Source: Chloroflexota bacterium (GTDB lineage: Bacteria; Chloroflexota; Anaerolineae; Aggregatilineales; UBA2796). Taken from it: a stretch of DNA of 43,396 bases. A program made the translations under genes and the position numbers. The notes under the pieces were generated by a model. That model was not told the DNA's origin. It did not search any database and saw only the letters and a program-made list of their open reading frames with translations. Below, in pieces: positions 1 to 8,888 of the stretch. Each line of letters opens with the position of its first letter. Position 1 is the stretch's first letter. The stretch spans positions 1 through 43,396 of the forward strand of contig RFIM01000107.1 in assembly GCA_003695215.1 (NCBI GenBank), read 5' to 3'.

Positions 1-2247
1 GCCGTGGCGCACATACGCGCCAAAACGCCCGACGCCTGCGCTGATCGGCTTGCCCGTCTGTGGATGCGCGCCGAGTGTCCGTGGCAAGCTCAGCAAGCCA
101 AGCGCCACATCCAATGTGACCTGCTCTGGGCGCATGCCCTTGAGCAAGGAAGCGCGTTTCGGCTTAGCGCCTTCATCGCTCTCGCCCAGCTGGACATATT
201 TGCCATATGGACCTTCTAGCAAGTAAATCGGCGCGCCCGTCTGCGGATGATAGCCGAGCAAGTTGCCGCCGCTGGCTTTCTGCTGCAGCAAGCGCTGTGC
301 CGTCGCTTCGTTCAGCTCAGCAGGCGGTAGATCGGGCGGCAAGGAAGCGCGCAGTGGCTCTGGCGCTGCAGCTTGCTCAAGATAGGCGCCATATTTGCCA
401 ATGCGCACGTATGCCTTGAGCGATTCTAAGCTCAGCGCGTAGAGCTCACGCGGATCGATGCTTTGCGCCTTGCGCTCGACTTGCTTCTCCAAGCCGTTCT
501 CGCCGCAGTAGAAATTTTTGAGATAGGGCAGCCAGTCGGCGTTGCCTTCAGCGATATCGTCCAGCGTCTGCTCCATGCGCGCTGTGAATTGCGTATCCAC
601 AAGCTCGGGGAAATGCGTCTCTAGCAGGCGGTTGACGCTGTAGGCCGTGAAGGTCGGGATGAGCTGATTGGCCTGCTTGACGACATAGCCGCGCTCTTGA
701 ATAGTGCTGATGATAGAAGCGTAGGTGCTGGGCCTGCCGATACCTTCGCGCTCCAGGGTTTGGACGAGCGAGGCCTCAGTGTAGCGCGGCGGCGGCTGAG
801 TCTCGTGCTTGAGTGGATCGAGTTGGCGGCAGGTGAGCAGATCGCCGACTTGTAGCGGCGGCAGGAGCATCTCGCGATCTTGAAGCGCCGCTTCAGGGTC
901 GTCAGAGCCTTCTACATAAGCGCGCAAGAAGCCTGGGAACTCGATACGGCGTCCATTCGCCTGAAAGCGCGCCTCTTCCGCTTGGATGATAGCTGTGAGC
1001 GTGACGATCTGTGCATCGGCCATTTGCGAGGCGATAGTGCGCGTCCAGATCAAAGTGTAGAGCGCTGCTTCAATGCCGCTCAGGCCGAGCTGCTCGGCGG
1101 TGCGCATGTGCTTGCCTGCAGGGCGGATAGCTTCGTGCGCCTCTTGCGCATTTTTGCTCTTCGTAGCGTACTGGCGCGGCTTGGGGCTGAGGAACGGCTC
1201 GCCATAGCGGTCTGCGATGGCGCGGCGCGCCGCTTGAATGGCCTCAGCTGAGAGATGCACTGAGTCAGTGCGCATGTAGGTGATGTAGCCTTCTTCGTAG
1301 AGCTTCTGCGCGATCTGCATGGTCTGCTTTGCGGAAAGGCGCAGTTTGCGATTCGCCTCTTGCTGCAAGGTCGAGGTAGTGAAAGGCGGCGGCGGCGCTT
1401 GCCGCTGCTGACGTTCACTCAGCTCAGCAACGCGCCAAGTGCCTTTGAGCAGGCGCGCTGCGAGCGCTCTGGCAGCTGTTTCGTCTAAGCGCAGCAGGTT
1501 GCGCTTGCCCTTGATGAGCTGGCCTGTGCGATCGTCGAAATCTTTGCTGGTCGCCACGCGCTTTTCGCCGACGCTCTGCAGAAGCGCCTCGAAAGTTAGC
1601 TCAGGTTGTGCAGGCGCGCTGAGCGTGGCGCGTAAATTCCAGTATGTGGCAGAGCGGAACAGGCGGCGTTCTTCCTCGCGCTGAACCAACAAGCGCACAG
1701 CTACCGATTGCACGCGCCCAGCCGAGAGACCGACGGCGATCTTCTTCCACAGCAGCGGCGAGACTGTGTAACCTACCAACCGATCCAGAATGCGGCGCGT
1801 CTCCTGAGCGCGCACTAGCTGCATGTCCACTTGGCGCGGATGGCGCAAGGCTGCTTGGATCGCCTCAGGCGTGATCTCGTGGAAGGCCATGCGCCGCACA
1901 GGCACCTTCGGCTTGAGCACTTCCAGCAGATGCCAGCCGATGCTCTCGCCTTCGCGATCCTCATCTGTGGCCAGGATCAGCTCTTCGGCATCTTTGAGGG
2001 CTTCCTTGAGCGCCTGCACCACTTTGCGTTTGCGCGCCGAGATCACGTACAGTGGCGTGAAGTCGTTCGCCACGTCCACGCCGAGCCGCGCCCAATCCTT
2101 ATCTTTGTAGGCAGCTGGAATCTCGCTCGCCGATTCGGGCAAGTCGCGGATATGGCCCATGCTAGCGACGACTCTGTAGCCTTTCGGCAGGAAGGCGCTG
2201 ATGGTCTTGGCTTTGGTCGGCGATTCGACGATCACCAATCGTGTCAT
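1..2247 (-). CDS. topA: DNA topoisomerase I (type IA), 3' end truncated by the window edge
   Basis: Manual translation from ATG at 2247 gives [16 protein letters not shown] (TOPRIM start). It also gives [12 protein letters not shown], the catalytic-Tyr motif [10 protein letters not shown] (1261-1290) and GIGRPSTYA. The frame sampled at position 1 still reads as TopA ([10 protein letters not shown]). Not in the ORF track because there is no stop codon inside the window. Confidence 0.97.
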   Translation of the reverse strand, partial: MTRLVIVESPTKAKTISAFLPKGYRVVASMGHIRDLPESASEIPAAYKDKDWARLGVDVANDFTPLYVISARKRKVVQALKEALKDAEELILATDEDREGESIGWHLLEVLKPKVPVRRMAFHEITPEAIQAALRHPRQVDMQLVRAQETRRILDRLVGYTVSPLLWKKIAVGLSAGRVQSVAVRLLVQREEERRLFRSATYWNLRATLSAPAQPELTFEALLQSVGEKRVATSKDFDDRTGQLIKGKRNLLRLDETAARALAARLLKGTWRVAELSERQQRQAPPPPFTTSTLQQEANRKLRLSAKQTMQIAQKLYEEGYITYMRTDSVHLSAEAIQAARRAIADRYGEPFLSPKPRQYATKSKNAQEAHEAIRPAGKHMRTAEQLGLSGIEAALYTLIWTRTIASQMADAQIVTLTAIIQAEEARFQANGRRIEFPGFLRAYVEGSDDPEAALQDREMLLPPLQVGDLLTCRQLDPLKHETQPPPRYTEASLVQTLEREGIGRPSTYASIISTIQERGYVVKQANQLIPTFTAYSVNRLLETHFPELVDTQFTARMEQTLDDIAEGNADWLPYLKNFYCGENGLEKQVERKAQSIDPRELYALSLESLKAYVRIGKYGAYLEQAAAPEPLRASLPPDLPPAELNEATAQRLLQQKASGGNLLGYHPQTGAPIYLLEGPYGKYVQLGESDEGAKPKRASLLKGMRPEQVTLDVALGLLSLPRTLGAHPQTGKPISAGVGRFGAYVRHG

Positions 2248-2352
2248 GCGTATAAGCCTCGTTCCTCGATGAACGTGGATAAGTTTCGCAGAAGGCGCGT
2301 TTTTTGCAAGAGTCATTTGGCATGCAACACAGGCTAGCGTAAAATTTTGGCT

Positions 2353-3255
2353 ATGCGCGCCTTTTACACAGATATTTTTGTGCTCCCTTTGCCGCAAGGG
2401 CATCGCTTCCCAATGGCAAAATATAGCCTTTTGCGCCAGCGCTTGCTGGAGACAGGCGTGATCGCGCCTGAGCATTTGCGTGTGCCGCACGCCGCCACTG
2501 ATGCTGAGCTGCTGCGCGCTCACGACCCTGCCTACGTGCAGCGCGTCCAGAAGGGCGAGTTGACAGCCCAAGAGATACGGCGCATCGGCTTCCCATGGAC
2601 GCCCGCTATGGTCGAGCGCTCGCGGCGCAGCAGCGGCGCGACCGTTGAAGCCTGCTATGCGGCGCTAGAAGATGGCGTGGCGGTCAATTTGGCAGGCGGC
2701 ACGCATCATGCTTTCAGAGATCGCGGCGGCGGGTATTGCGTCTTCAACGATGCAGCCATCGCCGCACGAACGCTACAAGCCGAAGGCTTGGCGCGCCGCG
2801 TCGTGATCATAGACTGTGACGTCCACCAAGGTGATGGCACTGCAGCGATCCTGCACGACGATCCGAGCATTTTTACCTTCTCAATTCATGGCCAGAACAA
2901 CTACCCGTTCCAGAAGCAGCAAAGCGATCTGGATATCGGCTTGCCTGATGGCACGACTGATGAAGCTTATCTGGCGGCATTGGACTACGGCCTGCGCGAA
3001 TCGCTCAGGCGCGCCAACGCTGATTTCGCCATCTACCTTGCCGGCGCCGATCCCTACGAAGGCGATAGCCTGGGCAAGCTCAAAGTCAGCTTGGCAGGTT
3101 TAGCCAGGCGCGATCACATGGTGCTGAGCGCTTGCCGTCAGGCGGGCTTGCCTGTGGCAATTGCTATGGCTGGCGGCTACGCCAAGCGCGTGGAAGAGAC
3201 CGTTGCCGTTCACTACCAAACCGTCTCGATCGCGGCGCAATATAGCCGCGCCTAG
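2353..3255 (+). CDS. Zn-dependent histone deacetylase-family (AcuC/AphA/HDAC11-like) deacylase
   Basis: Motifs [31 protein letters not shown] and GGY. ATG at 2353 lies 7 nt after a TAAAAT -10-like hexamer. Confidence 0.93.
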   Translation: MRAFYTDIFVLPLPQGHRFPMAKYSLLRQRLLETGVIAPEHLRVPHAATDAELLRAHDPAYVQRVQKGELTAQEIRRIGFPWTPAMVERSRRSSGATVEACYAALEDGVAVNLAGGTHHAFRDRGGGYCVFNDAAIAARTLQAEGLARRVVIIDCDVHQGDGTAAILHDDPSIFTFSIHGQNNYPFQKQQSDLDIGLPDGTTDEAYLAALDYGLRESLRRANADFAIYLAGADPYEGDSLGKLKVSLAGLARRDHMVLSACRQAGLPVAIAMAGGYAKRVEETVAVHYQTVSIAAQYSRA

Positions 3256-3324
3256 CCACGCCACGAACGCGCGCTTTTGTGGTATATTATATATAATCCA
3301 CTTTGTGCTGATAGGACGAGAGCC

Positions 3325-4551
3325 ATGCAAAAGAATGTACTCGAACAAACCGCCGAATACTTCATCGATCTGGAGGAGCGCTACGGCGCGCACAACTATC
3401 ATCCAATTGACGTGGTCATTCACGAGGCGCAAGGCGTCTGGGTGACAGATGTGGAAGGCAAGCGCTATTTGGATTGCCTGAGCGCTTACTCAGCCGTCAA
3501 CCAAGGGCATGCCCATCCGCGGATTCTCAAGGCGATGATCGATCAGGCGCATCGGGTCACGCTGACGGCGCGCGCCTTCCGCAACGATCAGCTCGGCTTG
3601 TTCTATAAGGCGCTGGTCGAGCTGACGGGCTATCAGCGCGTTCTGCCGATGAACAGCGGCGCCGAAGCCGTGGAGACAGCGATCAAGTTGGCGCGCAAGT
3701 GGGGCTACAAGGTCAAGGGCGTGCCAGATGGCAAGCAAGAGATCATCGTCTGCGAAGGCAACTTCCATGGGCGCACGACTACAATCATCAGCTTCAGCAG
3801 CGAGCCACAATACAAAGAAGGCTTCGGCCCGCTGACGCCCGGCTTCATCAGCGTGCCCTACGGCGATGCCGAGGCTCTGGAAGCGGCGATCACACCGAAC
3901 ACAGTCGCCTTCCTTGTCGAGCCGATTCAAGGCGAGAATGGCGTGATCGTGCCGCCTGAAGGCTACTTGCGGCGCGTCGCTGAGATCTGCAAGCGCCACA
4001 ATGTGCTGTTCATCAACGATGAAATTCAGACGGGCCTGGGCCGCAGCGGCAAGCTCTTCGTGCAGGATTACGAAGGCGTGCGCGGCGATATCTTGATCTT
4101 GGGCAAGGCGCTCTCAGGCGGTTTCTATCCCGTCTCTGCAGTGCTCGCTGACGATCCGATCATGGGCGTCTTCCAGCCGGGCGATCATGGCAGCACCTTT
4201 GGCGGCAATCCGTTGGCGGCAGCTGTGGCGCGTGCCGCACTCGCTGTGATCGTCGAGGAGAAGCTGCCCGAAAATGCGGCGATCATGGGCGCGTACTTCA
4301 AAGAGCAGCTTGAGGCGATCAATAGCCCGCTGATCAAAGAAGTGCGCGGACGCGGCTTGCTGATCGGCGTGGAGATGAAGCCTGAGGCAGGCGGCGCACG
4401 CCGTTTTGTTGAGGCGCTGCGCGACCGCGGCGTGCTTTCCAAAGAGACGCACGTGCATACCGTGCGTTTTGCGCCGCCGCTCGTCATCAAGCGCGAGGAA
4501 ATTGACTGGGCAATGGAGCGCATCCGTCCTGTCTTGCTCGGTCAATTCTGA
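3325..4551 (+). CDS. rocD: ornithine--oxo-acid aminotransferase (class III PLP enzyme)
   Basis: [61 protein letters not shown] and HGSTFGGNP motifs. Start placed at ATG 3325 after an AGGA RBS. Confidence 0.93.
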   Translation: MQKNVLEQTAEYFIDLEERYGAHNYHPIDVVIHEAQGVWVTDVEGKRYLDCLSAYSAVNQGHAHPRILKAMIDQAHRVTLTARAFRNDQLGLFYKALVELTGYQRVLPMNSGAEAVETAIKLARKWGYKVKGVPDGKQEIIVCEGNFHGRTTTIISFSSEPQYKEGFGPLTPGFISVPYGDAEALEAAITPNTVAFLVEPIQGENGVIVPPEGYLRRVAEICKRHNVLFINDEIQTGLGRSGKLFVQDYEGVRGDILILGKALSGGFYPVSAVLADDPIMGVFQPGDHGSTFGGNPLAAAVARAALAVIVEEKLPENAAIMGAYFKEQLEAINSPLIKEVRGRGLLIGVEMKPEAGGARRFVEALRDRGVLSKETHVHTVRFAPPLVIKREEIDWAMERIRPVLLGQF

Positions 4552-4617
4552 GCAGGGCGCGCTCTGCCAAAGCGTGTTACAATGCGCGTATCGGCATTCG
4601 CGTTGACGGAGCATGCC

Positions 4618-4950
4618 ATGTATACGCGCAATGAACTGTTGTTCCCTTACCACGCCATTCCGCTGCTCAGCCAAGTGCGCGGCGAGGCCTGGCGTGCATT
4701 GATCAACAGCTTGGCAGGCGCGCCTGAAGATGATCCGCGCACTTTGGCGCTGATGCTGCTGATGATCCGCCTGAACGGCTGCCTGACCTGCGAGACCGAT
4801 AGCTTCCGCGCCATGCGCGGCTGCCCAACCTGCGCCTTGCAGACGCTGCGCCGCTTCAAAGGCAGCGATGAGGATTTGCTTGCCCAATATCGGCAAGCGC
4901 TCGAGGAAATTCAACGCTATTTTGCTGATCAGAATGGCGCTGCGGGCTAA
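4618..4950 (+). CDS. small hypothetical protein with two CxxC motifs (putative metal-binding)
   Basis: GGAG RBS before ATG 4618 and extended -10 TGtTACAAT near 4575-4583. The protein contains CLTC and CPTC, and codon usage matches its neighbours. Confidence 0.75.
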   Translation: MYTRNELLFPYHAIPLLSQVRGEAWRALINSLAGAPEDDPRTLALMLLMIRLNGCLTCETDSFRAMRGCPTCALQTLRRFKGSDEDLLAQYRQALEEIQRYFADQNGAAG

Positions 4951-5029
4951 GCCGCGCTCAGCATGGCTTACATGGCGCAGATAGGTATAATTGCCACAGC
5001 TATTCTGAAGATAACCTGAGGAGTGTGCC

Positions 5030-6007
5030 ATGCATTATAGAAGACTAGGCTCTGCCGGCATGAAGGTCAGCGTGCTGAGCTTCGGCGGCTGGATCAACTA
5101 TGGCGAAGGCAAGGTCGCTGAGGATGAAGCGCGGCGCGTGGTCGAGTTCGCCTATGAAAATGGCGTCAACTACTTCGATTTGGCCGATGTCTACGGCTTG
5201 GGCAAAGCTGAAGAGCAGATGGGCGCTGTGCTGAAGCAATTTCCGCGCCACACCTTGGTGATCGCCACCAAAGTCTTTTGGGCGATGAGCGATGACGTCA
5301 ACGATCGCGGACTCTCGCGCAAGCACATCTTCGAGAGCATTGATAAATCGCTCAAGCGGCTTGGCACGGATTACGTCGACATCTACTTCTGCCATCGCCC
5401 TGATCCTGAGACGCCTATGATCGAGACTATCCGCGCTATGGATGACCTGATCCGCATGGGCAAAGTCTTGTATTGGGGAACATCGGTTTGGACGGGCGCA
5501 CAGTTGCGCGAGGCCTACGCGCTGTGCGAGCGCTATGGTTTGTATCCGCCGCAGGTAGAGCAGCCGCAATACTCGATGCTCTACCGTGAGCATTTTGAGA
5601 CAGATATCCTACCGACTGCTTCTCAGCTGGGCATGGGCTTGGTGTTGTGGTCGCCGCTTGCCTTCGGCATGTTGACGGGTAAATATGACGATGGCGTGCC
5701 GCCTGACTCGCGCTTTGCGCGTGAGGAATGGGCGCGCGAGCGCATGATGACCGAGGAGAACGTCCAGCGCGTGCGCAACCTGAAGCAGATCGCCGATGAT
5801 CTGGGCGTGACGCGCTCGCAGCTTGCGCTCGCTTGGACGCTGCGCCATCCTGGCGTCTCTAGCGCCATCATGGGCGCCACTAAGGTCAGCCAGCTGGAAG
5901 AGAATTTGAAAGCCGCCGATCTCAAGCTGAGCGATGATGTGCTGCAGGCAATTGAAGCGGCGCTCGGCAACCGTCCTTTGAACGTGCAGCCCTTGCGCAA
6001 AGCCTAG
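5030..6007 (+). CDS. aldo/keto reductase (Kv-beta-like subfamily)
   Basis: MHYRRLGSAG start, DLADVYG (catalytic Asp/Tyr), IATK, GLSRKHI, YFCHRPD, WSPLA. GAGGAG RBS. Confidence 0.94.
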   Translation: MHYRRLGSAGMKVSVLSFGGWINYGEGKVAEDEARRVVEFAYENGVNYFDLADVYGLGKAEEQMGAVLKQFPRHTLVIATKVFWAMSDDVNDRGLSRKHIFESIDKSLKRLGTDYVDIYFCHRPDPETPMIETIRAMDDLIRMGKVLYWGTSVWTGAQLREAYALCERYGLYPPQVEQPQYSMLYREHFETDILPTASQLGMGLVLWSPLAFGMLTGKYDDGVPPDSRFAREEWARERMMTEENVQRVRNLKQIADDLGVTRSQLALAWTLRHPGVSSAIMGATKVSQLEENLKAADLKLSDDVLQAIEAALGNRPLNVQPLRKA

Positions 6008-6018
6008 TCAGATCACAA

Positions 6019-6047
6019 GTGCCGCACACTGATGGGCTGTGCGGCAC
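6019..6047. terminator. 10-bp hairpin between convergent genes (possible bidirectional terminator)
   Basis: GTGCCGCACA-N9-TGTGCGGCAC; no clear U-tract. Confidence 0.45.
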
Positions 6048-6077
6048 CACGCTTTAGCCTAAGATCGGTTGAGGTGA

Positions 6078-7004
6078 TCAGTATTCGCGCTCGACAGCGG
6101 CTTCGGTCAGGCGCGCAAGCTCGTCGCGCGCTGCAGAAGGCGGCAGGGATTCCAGCTGCTGCTTGGCAAGCGCCGCCAATTGGCGCGCCTGCTGACGGCC
6201 TTCCTGAATATAGTTGCCTTCCAGGAGCTTGCGCTTGAGAGCAGCGCCAGCATCTTCAGTTGGCTCTTCAGCCACGGCGACCGTGGTGCCGTGGCCATTG
6301 CCTGCCACAGCCACTGCAAAGCCCTTGCCCTGCGCCAAATCAAGGCCCGCTGTCTTGCCCAAGCGCTGGCTATCGGCGATCAAGTCGAGGATATCGTCCA
6401 CGATCTGGAAGGCCAGGCCGAGATGGAAGCCGTATTGGTAGAGCGCCTCGACTTGCTGTGGCGTGCCGTTGCCCAGCTTGGCGCCGAGCTTCGCTGCCCC
6501 TGCGAAGAGCGATGCCGTCTTCTTGGCGATGATGCGCGCATAGATTTCGCGGTTGAGTTTGCCTTCTTTGGCTGCAGCCGCTTGTAAGGTCTCGCCTTCC
6601 ACCAATTCTGAGGTCATCTGCGCAAAGATGACGTTCAGATCGCCATAGGGCGCCATCAGGGTATAGACTTTGGTGAACAAGAAGTCGCCAGTCAGCAGCG
6701 CGAACGTCCGTCCCCAGATGGCGTTGATGGTCTGCCGACCGCGCCGCATCAGGCCATGATCGTTGATGTCATCGTGGACGAGCGTGGCTGTATGCACCAG
6801 CTCAACAGCGGCTGCCACTGGCAAGACGGCATCCATGTCGGTGCCGCCAACAGCCTCGTAGGCCAAGAGCGTCATGCGCGGACGCATGCGCTTGCCACCA
6901 GCGGCTAAAATATGGCGGCTAGCGTCGCGCAGCACCTCAACTTCGCTCTCAACCGTCTCCATCATCAGCTGCTCAACGGCTTGCAACGCTTTTGCGTAGT
7001 TCAT
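6078..7004 (-). CDS. trans-polyprenyl diphosphate synthase
   Basis: GGKRMRP, first Asp-rich motif HDDIND..RRG, KTASLF, second motif FQIVDDILD, GKTAG. Start moved to ATG 7004 after an AGAGG RBS. Confidence 0.93.
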   Translation of the reverse strand: MNYAKALQAVEQLMMETVESEVEVLRDASRHILAAGGKRMRPRMTLLAYEAVGGTDMDAVLPVAAAVELVHTATLVHDDINDHGLMRRGRQTINAIWGRTFALLTGDFLFTKVYTLMAPYGDLNVIFAQMTSELVEGETLQAAAAKEGKLNREIYARIIAKKTASLFAGAAKLGAKLGNGTPQQVEALYQYGFHLGLAFQIVDDILDLIADSQRLGKTAGLDLAQGKGFAVAVAGNGHGTTVAVAEEPTEDAGAALKRKLLEGNYIQEGRQQARQLAALAKQQLESLPPSAARDELARLTEAAVEREY

Positions 7005-7135
7005 CGCTCGACCTCTTTCTCGCAGGGCTATCCAGCACACACTTCTATGCCAACAGCACGTCATCGGCAAGCGCCTGCGCCTGCTACTACGCTAGACCGC
7101 CAACGCGCTTGTAATTTTCAGAACTTTCTAAAAGG

Positions 7136-7164
7136 ATTATACAACGTTTGTGAGCGGGCGTCAA
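7136..7164 (-). promoter_or_regulatory. sigma70-type promoter for the polyprenyl synthase gene
   Basis: Minus strand reads TTGACG-17 nt-TATAAT. The -35 overlaps the inverted repeat GGCGTCAAT-CAA-ATTGACGCC (7157-7177). Confidence 0.7.
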
Positions 7165-7225
7165 TCAAATTGACGCCGACTTAGGCAAATTGAACAGAGA
7201 TTCATCTGTGAAAAGGCAAGCAGGG

Positions 7226-7747
7226 CTACTCAGCACTTGGCGGCGCCTCTTGCGAAGCAGCCGCGCCTTGATCGCCCTGAGCGCGCTCGGGCGTTAGATA
7301 AATGACCATGCGCACTGAATTGCCGCCTTCAGGCAGGCGCGAGAACTCGACTTTGTCCATCAGCTGCTCGATGAAGAACATGCCCCAGCCGCGATGATCG
7401 GCGCTTGAGCCCGGCTGCGGGCGCTCATCGGGCAGCGGCGTGTGCCCCTCGTCGGTCACTTTCACCTCCAGCTCGCCCGATTCGGCTGCCGTCAGCAGCA
7501 CGGTTACTTTGGCGCTGCGCTCAGAGCGATTGCCATGCTCAATGGCATTCATGCAGGCTTCAGCGACAGCGGTCTGCAGGTCTTCGATGCGATCTTCGCT
7601 GAAGCCCATCTCTTGGGCAATGGCCGCTGCCGCGTTGCGCGCGATCTTCTCGTAGCCCAAGATGCTGGGCAGGTAAATTTCAACGCTTTTGATCGGTCGT
7701 TGCTCACTCACAGCCAAAGGCTCTCCTTCAGATAGGGACGGACTCAT
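7226..7747 (-). CDS. RsbW/SpoIIAB-like anti-sigma factor Ser/Thr kinase (GHKL ATPase fold)
   Basis: N-box DLQTAVAEACMNAIEHGN, G1 VTDEG, G2 HRGWGMFFIEQLMDKV. An alternative GTG start exists at 7711. Confidence 0.88.
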   Translation of the reverse strand: MSPSLSEGEPLAVSEQRPIKSVEIYLPSILGYEKIARNAAAAIAQEMGFSEDRIEDLQTAVAEACMNAIEHGNRSERSAKVTVLLTAAESGELEVKVTDEGHTPLPDERPQPGSSADHRGWGMFFIEQLMDKVEFSRLPEGGNSVRMVIYLTPERAQGDQGAAASQEAPPSAE

Positions 7748-7758
7748 GAATACTGAAC

Positions 7759-8874
7759 TCAGCTGCGCGCGCAGTCGCTCAGGCGCGGCGCATTCTCAGC
7801 GATAGGCGGCAAGGCGCCGGGCGCCAGCGGCTCAGGCGGCGTATCGCCTTCGTTGGCAGCGCCCGTTTGCAAGGTGCCGCCTGCCAAGGCGCGCCAAATG
7901 GCCTCTAGGCGTGCCTTGACTGAATCAGGCACGGCGCTCGAGGCGGCGTTGAAAGGCGCATAGGCGACGCCGCAACTTGCCGCAGTCAAGGTCAGTGTGC
8001 CGCCGCTGAAAGTCCGCTCGACGATGTTACGAATGGCAGTGTAGACGCCTGTATCCACGCGCTTGACAGCGCTGCTCAAGATGCGGTCGGCATCCTTGCC
8101 GCTGGCAAAGGTAGTGCGGAACTCATCCTGATCGACGCCGATGACGTATTTGCCTTGCGCTGCAGCATGGACGATTGCGCTAGAGCCTGTCAGGCCGCCT
8201 GCGCCGAAGATCACGTCAGCGCCCTGCACGATCATGGCATCGGCTTGCTCGCGCCCTTGTGCAGGATCGGCGAAACTGGTCGTGTAGACGCTCAAGGCCG
8301 TCACTTGTGGATTGACGTAGCGCGCGCCGTTGACGAAACCGCGCACAAAGCGCTGCACAGGCGGAATTTCCACGCCACCTACCACGCCCACCACATTCGT
8401 CTTGGTCATCATGCCCGCCAAAGCGCCGACCAGAAAGCCTGCTTGATCCTCAGCGAACTGAATGCCGACGAAGTTGGCAGGCGCCTCAGGCGCAAGTTGA
8501 TCCACGCCGATGAAATAGACTTGCGGATGATTCACGGCTGCGGTCACTGTCGCCTCTTGCATCTGAAAGCCGACTGTCACGATGATATTGTAGCCGCTTT
8601 CGATCATGGCGCTGATCGCAATCGGATAATCTTTGTCCTCAACCGTCTCGCGGTAAGCGACTTCTAGATTGAAATCGCGCCCTGCTTGCGAAGCGCCAAC
8701 GTAGGCGTATTCGTTGAAGGTGCCATCACGGATAGTGCCTTCCGCGTTCAGCACCACAGCCACGCGGAAATCGCTGCGCAGCGTCGGCGCAGGCGTTGCT
8801 GTTGGCGCAGGCGCTGCACAGCTCACCACTAGCAGCAGGATCCACAGCCAGGCTTGACTCACTCGCTTTTTCAT
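7759..8874 (-). CDS. BMP/PnrA/Med-family substrate-binding lipoprotein
   Basis: Signal peptide with lipobox-like VVSC and a PT linker. Family motifs DGTFN, VGF, FAEDQAGFLVGALAG, GADVIF..GG..G, IGVDQD, SAVKRVD. Confidence 0.9.
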   Translation of the reverse strand: MKKRVSQAWLWILLLVVSCAAPAPTATPAPTLRSDFRVAVVLNAEGTIRDGTFNEYAYVGASQAGRDFNLEVAYRETVEDKDYPIAISAMIESGYNIIVTVGFQMQEATVTAAVNHPQVYFIGVDQLAPEAPANFVGIQFAEDQAGFLVGALAGMMTKTNVVGVVGGVEIPPVQRFVRGFVNGARYVNPQVTALSVYTTSFADPAQGREQADAMIVQGADVIFGAGGLTGSSAIVHAAAQGKYVIGVDQDEFRTTFASGKDADRILSSAVKRVDTGVYTAIRNIVERTFSGGTLTLTAASCGVAYAPFNAASSAVPDSVKARLEAIWRALAGGTLQTGAANEGDTPPEPLAPGALPPIAENAPRLSDCARS

Positions 8875-8888
8875 GCCGATTTTCTCTC

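Noticed and set aside
2274-2282. DnaA-box-like 9-mer as evidence for a replication origin
   Set aside because: It is a single imperfect box, with no cluster, unwinding element or dnaA/dnaN nearby.
4-2337. Several plus-strand and short minus-strand ORFs in the ORF track
   Set aside because: They are shadows of the minus-strand topA frame and have no recognisable motifs.
4114-5031. 305-aa minus-strand ORF; likewise long antisense ORFs at 16856-17614, 29956-30651, 31714-32316 and 41347-41949
   Set aside because: Each lies antisense to a well-supported gene. Long antisense frames are expected at high GC, and none has an RBS or family motif.
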